Part shown: positions 51,611-60,258 of the stretch, piece by piece | Numbering within the stretch: the first letter of the stretch is position 1 | Layout of the letters: every line of letters starts with the position of its first letter | Origin: Legionellales bacterium | GTDB lineage: Bacteria > Pseudomonadota > Gammaproteobacteria > Legionellales > Legionellaceae | DNA length: 64,000 bases | Assembly: GCA_020050595.1 (NCBI GenBank) | Contig: JAGVKL010000024.1 | Span: forward strand, 2,299-66,298 | Reading direction: 5' to 3' | Program-made: the position numbers and the translations under genes | The notes under the pieces: generated by a model | Told to the model about the DNA's origin: nothing | Databases searched by the model: none | What the model saw: only the letters and a program-made list of their open reading frames with translations

Positions 51611-52759
51611 TTATAAAGCCTTCTCTAATTCAGCAACTTTATTTAATCGCTCCCAAGGCAAATTATCACGACCATAATGACCATAAGTCGCTGTGCGCCG
51701 ATAAATTGGGCGGAGTAAATCATGATGATTAATGATGCCTTGTGGCGTTAAATCAAAATGCGTATTAATCAAATCAATAATAGTTGCATCATCTAAACGG
51801 CCCGTACCAAACGTTTCCACATGAATAGAAGTCGGCTCAGCAACGCCAATCGCGTAGGAAACTTGAATTTCACACTTATCTGCAATACCCGCTGCAACGA
51901 TATTTTTAGCTACATGGCGAGCAGCATAGGCGGCTGATCGATCCACTTTAGAGGGATCTTTCCCTGAAAAACAACCGCCTCCGTGGCGTGCCATACCACC
52001 GTATGTATCTACAATAATTTTTCGGCCGGTTAATCCGCAATCTCCTAACGGCCCACCGATAACAAAACGTCCCGTAGGATTAATGAAATAACGTGTTTGC
52101 GGTTGCATCCACTCGGCTGGCAATACTGGCTTAATAATTTCCTCCCGCACGGCTTCCACTAAATCGCTGTGGGCCACATCGGGTGAATGCTGGGTAGAGA
52201 TAACGACAGTATCAACCGCTATAGGCTTACCTTCTTGATATTTCAAGGTAATCTGCGATTTAGCATCCGGTCTTAGCCAAGGAAGCTTACCACTCTTACG
52301 CAAATGGGCTTGGCGCTCCATTAAACGGTGAGCATACGCGATAGGGGCCGGCATCAGTACATCCGTTTCCCGGCTAGCATAGCCAAACATCAAGCCTTGA
52401 TCACCAGCGCCTAATTGCTTGGTTTGTTGATTATCCACACCTTGAGCAATATCGGGAGATTGTTTACCAATAGCCGATAAAACAGCACAAGACTCCCAAT
52501 CAAAGCCCATTTGGGAGCTGTTATAACCGATATCTTTAATGACCTCACGTGTAATTTCTTCGACATCCACCCAAGCACTGGTTGTAATCTCACCACCCAC
52601 CAAAACCATACCGGTTTTTACAAAGGTCTCACAAGCAACACGAGCTCGAGGATCTTGTGCCAATATTGCATCCAATATCGCATCTGAAATTTGATCAGCA
52701 ATTTTATCTGGATGACCTTCTGATACCGATTCTGAAGTAAAAACATGCGATGCTTTCAT
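51611..52759 (-). CDS. metK: S-adenosylmethionine synthase
   Basis: [42 protein letters not shown]-like blocks. Confidence 0.97.
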   Translation of the reverse strand: MKASHVFTSESVSEGHPDKIADQISDAILDAILAQDPRARVACETFVKTGMVLVGGEITTSAWVDVEEITREVIKDIGYNSSQMGFDWESCAVLSAIGKQSPDIAQGVDNQQTKQLGAGDQGLMFGYASRETDVLMPAPIAYAHRLMERQAHLRKSGKLPWLRPDAKSQITLKYQEGKPIAVDTVVISTQHSPDVAHSDLVEAVREEIIKPVLPAEWMQPQTRYFINPTGRFVIGGPLGDCGLTGRKIIVDTYGGMARHGGGCFSGKDPSKVDRSAAYAARHVAKNIVAAGIADKCEIQVSYAIGVAEPTSIHVETFGTGRLDDATIIDLINTHFDLTPQGIINHHDLLRPIYRRTATYGHYGRDNLPWERLNKVAELEKAL

Positions 52760-52773
52760 TATCTTACAACTCC

Positions 52774-53904
52774 TTATTTTGTACTGGCCATTAAGCGAGT
52801 AAATTCCAAAAAAATATCCTCAAGATCATGAGGACCAGGGCTTGCCTCTGGATGTCCTTGGAAACCAAAAGCAGGTTTATCTCGATGTTTAATTCCTTGC
52901 AAGCTATTGTCAAATAAAGAACGGTGTGTAACTTTAAGTTCTTTGGGTAAAGAAGCTTCATCAATAGCAAAACCATGATTTTGGCTGGTAATAAACACTC
53001 GCTTTTGCCCTTCTACTTCTACTACAGGATGGTTAGCACCATGGTGCCCAAATTTCATTTTAACTGAACGGGCTCCACAAGCTAAACCTAAAATTTGGAA
53101 ACCTAAACAAATTCCAAATAAAGGAATACCTGTTTGTAAAAATTCTTGAGTCGCCCGAATGGCGTAATCGCAAGCTTCCGGGTCACCAGGACCATTGGAT
53201 AAAAAGACCCCATCCGGGTTAAGTGCCATTACGTCTTTAGCAGTAGTCTTAGCGGGTACAAGGGTTAAGTGGCAGCCTAAATCATGAAGAATTCTAAGCA
53301 TGCTGTGTTTCACCCCAAAATCATAGGCTACGACATGAAACGCCTGCGGCTTTGAGTGATGGCGCCATGCTTCGCCTCGCCCTTCATGCCATCGCTCTAT
53401 TGTTTGGCGTGAAACGACTTGCGCTAAATCTAAACCGGAAAGACCACTGAAGGAGCGGGCTGCTTCCAATGCTCCTTCTATATGATCTACATTGGTGCTG
53501 ATACACGCATTTATTGCACCCTGCTCACGTAAGCGCAATGTTAATGCTCGGGTATCCACCCCTGAAATGGCAACCACTCCATGCTTTTTTAACCAATCTG
53601 GAAGTGAAAGTTCAGCACGATAATTGCTGGGCCTAGCAACACAATCTCGCATCACCACCCCCGTCGCCCAAACTTTAGCAGACTCCATATCTTCTAGATT
53701 GCAGCCGGTATTTCCTACGTGAGCCGTGGTTAGCGTGACAATCTGACGAGCGTAAGAAGGATCACTTAACATTTCTTGGTAGCCTGTCATGGCGGTATTA
53801 AACACAAGCTCCCCCACGCTCTCACCACTAGCCCCCATGGATATACCTTCAAGCACCGTACCGTCGGCAAGAACTAAAATGGCGGGTTTATTACTCATGA
53901 CCAT
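52774..53904 (-). CDS. carA: Carbamoyl-phosphate synthase small (glutaminase) subunit
   Basis: CarA N-domain plus a class I GATase (GICLGFQ, HGANHPV, SQNHGFA). Confidence 0.95.
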   Translation of the reverse strand: MVMSNKPAILVLADGTVLEGISMGASGESVGELVFNTAMTGYQEMLSDPSYARQIVTLTTAHVGNTGCNLEDMESAKVWATGVVMRDCVARPSNYRAELSLPDWLKKHGVVAISGVDTRALTLRLREQGAINACISTNVDHIEGALEAARSFSGLSGLDLAQVVSRQTIERWHEGRGEAWRHHSKPQAFHVVAYDFGVKHSMLRILHDLGCHLTLVPAKTTAKDVMALNPDGVFLSNGPGDPEACDYAIRATQEFLQTGIPLFGICLGFQILGLACGARSVKMKFGHHGANHPVVEVEGQKRVFITSQNHGFAIDEASLPKELKVTHRSLFDNSLQGIKHRDKPAFGFQGHPEASPGPHDLEDIFLEFTRLMASTK

Positions 53905-53983
53905 GCTCCAACTGCAATTTAGGCGGTACTATAAAATAAAAACTGCCAATTGTAGCGCATATTGTCAGTGGATTGAAACACCC

Positions 53984-55120
53984 CTAAAACTTCATATCTT
54001 CGAAGAATTTTTTCACACCATCAAACCAAGAATTCGAGCGGGGAGAATGGGTGCCTTTTCCTTTCTCTAAAGAGTCTTGTAATTTAGTAAGCAAGTTTTT
54101 TTGTTCTCGCGATAAATTAACGGGGGTTTCAACCACCACTTTGCATAATAAATCACCGGTAGCATAACCTCTTACCGACTTAATACCTTTGCCTCGAAGG
54201 CGAAATGATTTACCGGTTTGAGTCTCTGCTGGGATTTTTAAAGTTACCCTGCCTTCTAAAGTAGGTACCTCAATTGAGCCCCCCAATGCTGCCGTTATAA
54301 AACTAATTGGAACTTCACAATGTAAATCACTATCATGCCGCTCAAAAATAGCATGGGGCTTTACATTGACTTGCACATATAGATCACCAGGAGAACCACC
54401 ATGCATTCCTGCCTCTCCCTCCCCACTTAAGCGCACTCGATCACCATTATCAACACCTGGCGGGATTTTGACAGTGAGGTTTTTACTTTCACGCACCCGT
54501 CCTTGACCATGGCAGGTCGTACACGGCTCGGTAATCACCTGGCCGTCACCATGGCAATGAGGACATGTTTGTTGAATAGAGAAAAAGCCTTGCTGAATGC
54601 GGACTTGACCTATACCGTCACACGTTTCACATTTTTTAGGGGTCGTTCCTTTTTTTGCACCAGAACCAGCACATGTTTTACATCCCGTATGGCGAGGCAC
54701 GGTAATTTCAATTTGCTTACCATGAGCGGCTTCTTCTAATGTTAATTGTGCATTAATTTGGAGATCAGCACCATGCTGTCCTCTTGATTGGCGATGCTGC
54801 CGACGTGCACCTGAAAAGATATTTTCAAAAATGTCTTCAAACACATCGCCAAAGCCCCCAAATCCACCGGCCCCGCCCCCCATCGAAGCATCAACCCCAG
54901 CATGGCCGAATTGGTCATAGGCGGCTCTTTTTTGCTTATCAGATAGAATGGCATATGCCTTTTGGACCTCTTTGAACTTCTCTTCGCTAGCCTTATCATC
55001 AGGATTACGATCCGGGTGATGCTTCATCGCCAATTTACGATAAGCTTTTTTAATTTCAGCTTCACTAGCACTGCGGCTAACACCGAGAAGTTCATAATAA
55101 TCTTGTTGCATAATACTCAC
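53984..55120 (-). CDS. dnaJ: Chaperone DnaJ
   Basis: J domain (DYYELLGV...HPDRNP), G/F region, and four CxxCxGxG zinc-finger motifs. Confidence 0.96.
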   Translation of the reverse strand: MSIMQQDYYELLGVSRSASEAEIKKAYRKLAMKHHPDRNPDDKASEEKFKEVQKAYAILSDKQKRAAYDQFGHAGVDASMGGGAGGFGGFGDVFEDIFENIFSGARRQHRQSRGQHGADLQINAQLTLEEAAHGKQIEITVPRHTGCKTCAGSGAKKGTTPKKCETCDGIGQVRIQQGFFSIQQTCPHCHGDGQVITEPCTTCHGQGRVRESKNLTVKIPPGVDNGDRVRLSGEGEAGMHGGSPGDLYVQVNVKPHAIFERHDSDLHCEVPISFITAALGGSIEVPTLEGRVTLKIPAETQTGKSFRLRGKGIKSVRGYATGDLLCKVVVETPVNLSREQKNLLTKLQDSLEKGKGTHSPRSNSWFDGVKKFFEDMKF

Positions 55121-55153
55121 ACTATTTGATCGATTTTATTCCAAATTAAGCAC

Positions 55154-57081
55154 TTATTCTTTTTTGTCATCCTTGACTTCTTCGAACTCTGCATCGACCA
55201 CACCCTCGTCTGCTTTACTCGCATCCTGCGGCTGTGCTTCACCCTGAGGTTGTCCCTCAGCTGCTTTCTTGGCATAAACTCGCTCAGACAGCTTATTAGA
55301 GGCTTCTGTTAAAACCTGTAACTTACTCTCAATTTGCGCTTTATCATTGCCTTTAATCGCTTCTTTTAATTCACTAATCGCCGTTTCGATGCCTTTTTTC
55401 TCATCATCGGATAATTCACTGGCTAAATCTTTTATGGATTTTTCACTGCTGTGAATTAAGCTGTCTGCTTGGTTTCGAATCTCAGCTAACTCTTTGAATT
55501 TCTTATCTTCTTCAGCATGTGCTTGGGCGTCTTTAACCATTGCGTCCACTTCTTCGTCACTAAGACCGCTAGATGCTTTGATGACAATGGATTGCGCTTT
55601 ACCCGTTGCTTTGTCTTTTGCTGATACGTTTAAAATACCATTCGCATCAATATCAAACGTTACTTCAACTTGGGGCACACCTCGAGGGGCTGGAGGAATA
55701 TCGGTTAAATCAAAGCGGCCTAATGATTTATTAGCCGATGCTTGCTCTCGCTCGCCCTGCAATACATGTACTGTCACTGCCGTTTGGTTATCATCGGCTG
55801 TGGAAAAGACTTGATTTGCTTTGGTCGGGATGGTGGTATTTTCTCAATTAACTTGGTCATTACGCCACCTAATGTTTCAATACCTAATGAAAGGGGAGTA
55901 ACGTCTAGTAAGAGAATATCTTTCACATCACCTGATAAAACAGCAGCTTGAATAGCAGCACCAACGGCTACCGCTTCATCAGGGTTTACATCTTTACGCG
56001 GCTCTTTACCAAAGAAATCTTCAACTACTTTTTGTACAAGCGGCATACGCGTTTGGCCGCCCACTAAGATCACTTCATTAATCTGGCTTACCGTCAACCC
56101 AGCATCTTTTAAAGCCGTCTTACAAGGCGCTATGGTACGCTCAACTAATTTCTCAACTAAAGACTCTAATTTGGCACGCGTTAGCTTAATATTTAAATGT
56201 TTTGGTCCTGAAGCATCGGCTGTAATGTATGGGAGATTAACATCCGTTTGTTGGGCAGATGATAATTCAATCTTTGCTTTTTCAGCGGCTTCTTTTAACC
56301 GTTGCAATGCTAATGGATCATTATGAAGGTCAATGCCCGTATCTTTTTTGAACTCGGCAGCGAGGTATTCAATTAAGGCTAAGTCAAAATCCTCGCCCCC
56401 TAAGAATGTATCACCATTGGTAGCCAATACTTCAAACTGGTGTTCACCGTCGACCTCTGCAATTTCAATAATTGAAATGTCAAAGGTACCACCACCTAGA
56501 TCGTACACCGCAATAATAGAATCGCCGCGCTTTTTATCCATACCATACGCAAGGGCTGCTGCTGTAGGCTCGTTAATAATACGTTTTACTTCAAGACCAG
56601 CAATACGACCTGCATCTTTGGTTGCTTGGCGTTGTGAATCATTAAAGTAAGCAGGAACCGTAATCACTGCTTCTTTGACTTCTTCACCCAAATAATCTTC
56701 GGCGGTCTTTTTCATCTTACGTAAAACTTCAGCTGAAATTTGCGGTGGGGCTTTATCTTGGTTATTCGCACGTACCCAAGCATCACCATTATCAGCTTTG
56801 ACAATTTTGTAAGGTACCATTTTAATATCTTTTTGAACGACAGCATCATCAAAACGACGGCCAATTAAACGCTTGATCGCAAATAGCGTATCATCGGGAT
56901 TGGTCACCGCTTGGCGCTTTGCTGCTTGCCCCACTAAAACTTCACCATCTTTGGTATAAGCAACAATAGAAGGTGTCGTACGGTGCCCTTCGCTATTTTC
57001 TATCACTCGTGGCTTATCGCCTTCCATCACGGCTACACAAGAATTTGTGGTTCCTAAGTCGATTCCAATAATTTTTGGCAT
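55154..57081 (-). pseudogene. dnaK: dnaK (Hsp70) interrupted by a 1-nt deletion in an A-run (plus-strand T-run 55839-55842); otherwise intact
   Basis: ORF 55774-57081 matches DnaK up to ...TKLIEK, then goes out of frame. Inserting one A restores [31 protein letters not shown], which joins ORF 55154-55777. Confidence 0.9.
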
Positions 57082-57123
57082 TTTTAGTCTTGCTCCAATT
57101 CAATTTATTTTGCAATGTTTTCT

Positions 57124-57152
57124 ATATGGGGATTAAAATTTTAATTTCAAGG
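57124..57152 (-). promoter_or_regulatory. Sigma32 heat-shock promoter of dnaK
   Basis: The minus strand reads CCTTGAAA-ttaaaattttaat-CCCCATAT, a near-perfect CTTGAAA/CCCCATnT pair with a 13-14 nt spacer. It overlaps the grpE stop. Confidence 0.65.
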
Positions 57153-57743
57153 CTTTGATACAATGACTCGCGCTGGACGAATCACCCGATCGCTTAACCG
57201 ATAACCTTTTTGAAATACAGCAAGCACTGTATTGGGAGCCACATTGGTGGCTTCTTGCATAGACATGGCTTCATGCTGCTGCGGATCAAAAGGCTCGCCT
57301 TCAGGATTTAATTGGCAAACATCATATTTCTCCAAGGCGTCGAGAAATAGCTTCATAGTTAATTCAAGCCCTTCGTGCATTGCAGCGTCACCATGTTTAT
57401 CGGCAAGCTGTAGCGCTTGCTCAAGGCTATCCACAATGGGTAATAAAGACTGAATTAATTTTTCTATACCATAGCGATGAGCATTCGCAACTTCACGCTC
57501 CGCACGACGACGAACATTATCCAACTCGGCTAAAGCACGTACGGATTTTTCCCAATTCTCATGCGCTTTTTGCTCAGCTAAGGTTAACTTTTCCTCGAGA
57601 GCATTATAAGAAGGATGGTCTAGGGCATTCGTTAAATCCTCTTCCTGCTCTTCGCCTTCCACATCCAATTCTTGGGCCTCTTCCTCGTGAGCTGCATGCT
57701 CTTCTTTAAATTTTTTCCAATCTTTATCTTTTTTATCGCTCAT
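57147..57743 (-). CDS. grpE: Nucleotide exchange factor GrpE
   Basis: Conserved GrpE C-terminal half (NVRRRAEREV, IVDSLEQAL, FDPQQHEAM, GYRLSDRVIRPARV). I chose the start at the ATG at 57743, 8 nt after GGAG. Confidence 0.9.
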   Translation of the reverse strand: MSDKKDKDWKKFKEEHAAHEEEAQELDVEGEEQEEDLTNALDHPSYNALEEKLTLAEQKAHENWEKSVRALAELDNVRRRAEREVANAHRYGIEKLIQSLLPIVDSLEQALQLADKHGDAAMHEGLELTMKLFLDALEKYDVCQLNPEGEPFDPQQHEAMSMQEATNVAPNTVLAVFQKGYRLSDRVIRPARVIVSKP

Positions 57744-57773
57744 CTGCCACTCCATAATCATTATAGAATCAAC

Positions 57774-57812
57774 AGATGGGGTTAGTTAGAAGAAAATCAA
57801 GGTATAAAAATG
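57774..57812 (-). promoter_or_regulatory. Sigma32 heat-shock promoter of grpE
   Basis: The minus strand reads CCTTGAT-tttcttctaactaa-CCCCATCT. Confidence 0.6.
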
Positions 57813-57856
57813 GAAAATAATTTAGGCAACTGTCTACTGCACTGCTTTTTCTAGGA

Positions 57857-59737
57857 TTATATGGCTCCTGCTCCTGCCCCCGCTCTCACTGCGGTAGAAG
57901 GGATAGGCACCGCTGCCAATTCAGCTTCTATGTTTGATGATCTAAATAGGCCGTGCCTCTCCAAAGCATGGACTATTGCAGATGGAATAGGTTTTAATGA
58001 TGCTATCCTCAATGTTGCTAATATTGTGGTAGTTACTTTCTCCTTTTTTTGCCGCAACACATCGATTTCAAATATGGTTTCCATGGTTAAATCTATTTTT
58101 TTCAGTACCTCTGCAGAAAGAGAATCATCAAGATATAACAAATTACGAAGAACCATTACACTTAGCGGCATTACTCTTGCGAGGTGATTATAATAGCCTT
58201 CTAATTTCTCTCGAATATCTGAAATATCAAAAGTAAGGGCGGGAGGTAAACCGTATCCTGTAACTAAATCCAGATCTACAAATAGAACTTGATCGTTAAA
58301 TAGGCGCGTGTTCCCATCACCGCATCCATCCATAACAATGATGCCTTTTTCCTTATAAAGCTTAAGCATAGCCTCTGCAATTAAACAATCGGAAGGAGCC
58401 CTGCAACCAAAGTACTGAACAACCCAGATCCCATTGTTCTTCTCATTTGTAGATAAAATTGCCGGATATTGGGGATATATGTGTCCCCATATTTTTACAG
58501 CCCTACGTGCATTACTAAATCGAGCATTGCTTTCTGTAGGGCACGGCGTTTTCTTAACGAATTTACCTCTTAGACCATTGATTTCAAGTTCGTTTGAACA
58601 ATCAACTTTATTATAACGCCCTTTACCCAAAAACGACCAACTGATTGTTCTAAGCAAATCTCGAGACGCCTGCATATCCGATATTTCTTTTCTCGTAAAA
58701 GCGCCATAGCCACGTAACATAGCTATTGCTCCCTCATGCCCTTCTTTTTCTGCATAATCTAGTGCGGTAAATCCTTCATCTTCTTCATGTCCTTCTTGGC
58801 CCTCCCAGTTAGCTTGAATATTTAGGTAGGCTCCCCATTCAATAAGAGCTTCTAAAAAACTCTCACGATGACCTTTTATCCGCTTACTTCTTGCTGCAAC
58901 CATGAGAGGCGATAGACCTCCTGGCATTAAGAGAAAATTAATACGTCTTCCATACTTAATTTCAGTTTCAATTAAGCCTAATAGGCCTAGCTCTGCCGCC
59001 AAATGCAGTCTCTTTTCAGATGGAATTACAATCAATTCGTAAAAATTTTCATCTGGAATGAATTGAGTAGCATTCCTCACTATAAGCTCCCTCATATTTT
59101 CCACCAAAAAAGGTAACTGATGGATGGGCATATCGGGAAGTTTTTTGATAAGATCCGGCGTTAACCTCACTGTCCCTGCTTGTAATAGGATCAATTTTTG
59201 GATCATATCAAGTGTAAAATAACTATCTTCACCCCTTATATCTGCGAAAGAAAGACAGCTCTCAAGACCTAATAAATGTGCAATAGCTCTATGTGTGTCT
59301 ATATAAGATGCATCGCCTGCAGTAAGAAGCTCCTCTTCTGCTGTGATTTCAATCTGAACACAATGGGCTTTCCCTTCATGGAGAATAAAGCAATGTTTAT
59401 GGGCCGCACTGATAATAATCTCACCCGTCCGCCTATAAATAGCTAGTACTGCTTGAGCGACTAATGAATCGGGTGCTGGTGTGTTACCTAAATAGGGAGT
59501 TATCCATGAACCATCGGATAACAGGTAGGCTTGATAGGGCTTTTGGTGGATTGTATTCCATTTTTCCACCATGTCCGCACTGGAAATCCTACTATCTGGC
59601 TCTCTCTTAGCCCATCTTCCTGTAAAGCCACCTACACAAATTACTGTACTTGAAATAGTAGCGCCTTTGTAGGCGCCTTCTGTCTCTGGTAACCAAACGA
59701 TAGCTTTAAAAAGAGCTTCTAATTCTTCTGGTTTCAC
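57857..59737 (-). CDS. 626-aa protein: degenerate kinase-like N-domain, 3 ankyrin repeats, OspG/NleH-like minimal kinase signature, helical tail ending (GA)3-I
   Basis: GTG start 5 nt after GAGG. ANK: RLHLAAELGL.., LSPLMVAARS.., GFTALDYAEKEGHEGAIAMLRGYGA. Kinase-like: GKGRYNKV, FVKK, IIVMDGCGDGN, LFVDLDL. Confidence 0.65.
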   Translation of the reverse strand: MKPEELEALFKAIVWLPETEGAYKGATISSTVICVGGFTGRWAKREPDSRISSADMVEKWNTIHQKPYQAYLLSDGSWITPYLGNTPAPDSLVAQAVLAIYRRTGEIIISAAHKHCFILHEGKAHCVQIEITAEEELLTAGDASYIDTHRAIAHLLGLESCLSFADIRGEDSYFTLDMIQKLILLQAGTVRLTPDLIKKLPDMPIHQLPFLVENMRELIVRNATQFIPDENFYELIVIPSEKRLHLAAELGLLGLIETEIKYGRRINFLLMPGGLSPLMVAARSKRIKGHRESFLEALIEWGAYLNIQANWEGQEGHEEDEGFTALDYAEKEGHEGAIAMLRGYGAFTRKEISDMQASRDLLRTISWSFLGKGRYNKVDCSNELEINGLRGKFVKKTPCPTESNARFSNARRAVKIWGHIYPQYPAILSTNEKNNGIWVVQYFGCRAPSDCLIAEAMLKLYKEKGIIVMDGCGDGNTRLFNDQVLFVDLDLVTGYGLPPALTFDISDIREKLEGYYNHLARVMPLSVMVLRNLLYLDDSLSAEVLKKIDLTMETIFEIDVLRQKKEKVTTTILATLRIASLKPIPSAIVHALERHGLFRSSNIEAELAAVPIPSTAVRAGAGAGAI

Positions 59738-59933
59738 ATTAACCTCAATCTAAATTAAACGCTTTATCTACGAATTAATTAGCCAGTAAACTCTCATGTA
59801 TCATATTAAAGATAACGACCGTCGCAGATATGCCAATGTCAATCAACTTTGGTCATTTTTTCGAACTGCAGTCGATCCCGCTTGCAGATTATGAAAATGG
59901 CTAAAGCCAATATAATGTAACAAATTTGACATT

Positions 59934-59962
59934 ATTATACTTTTTATGAACATAACAAACAA
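59934..59962 (-). promoter_or_regulatory. Candidate sigma70 promoter TTGTTT-N17-TATAAT conserved upstream of both paralogs
   Basis: The minus strand reads TTGTTTGTTATGTTCATAAAAAGTATAAT. The homologous copy is at 62109-62137. Confidence 0.3.
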
Positions 59963-60160
59963 TGCTTTTTGTCTAAAAATGGCGCATCATGCTCTTGCGT
60001 GATGAATGAAAAATCTGAGGCCAGGCTCTGAATCCAGGGCATTCTGAATGCAATAGCTGCTTTTCTATGCGGACAACATAAACTAAAAAAATTCCACCGT
60101 CCCCGCGCAGGCGAAGATCCGTGGTAGAAGAGGCTCTATGCTACCATCACGATGGATTCC

Positions 60161-60220
60161 CGCCTACGCGGGGAAGGACAACATTACTTTTTGTCATGTA
60201 CAAAGCATAATCTTAGGTGC
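60161..60220. repeat. Second copy of the ~55-bp repeat seen at 29803-29856, adjoining an imperfect palindrome (60108-60185)
   Basis: See 29803-29856. The adjoining arms are TCCCCGCGCAGGCGAAGATCC..GTGGTAG and CTACCATCACGATGGATTCCCGCCTACGCGGGGA. Confidence 0.75.
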
Positions 60221-60258
60221 TAGACCAATCACCTCTAACGATTGTATTTGACACGGGA

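Noticed and set aside
51596-52774. SAM or SAH riboswitch upstream of metK or ahcY
   Set aside because: The spacers carA/metK and metK/ahcY are only ~14 bp, which leaves no room for a riboswitch aptamer.
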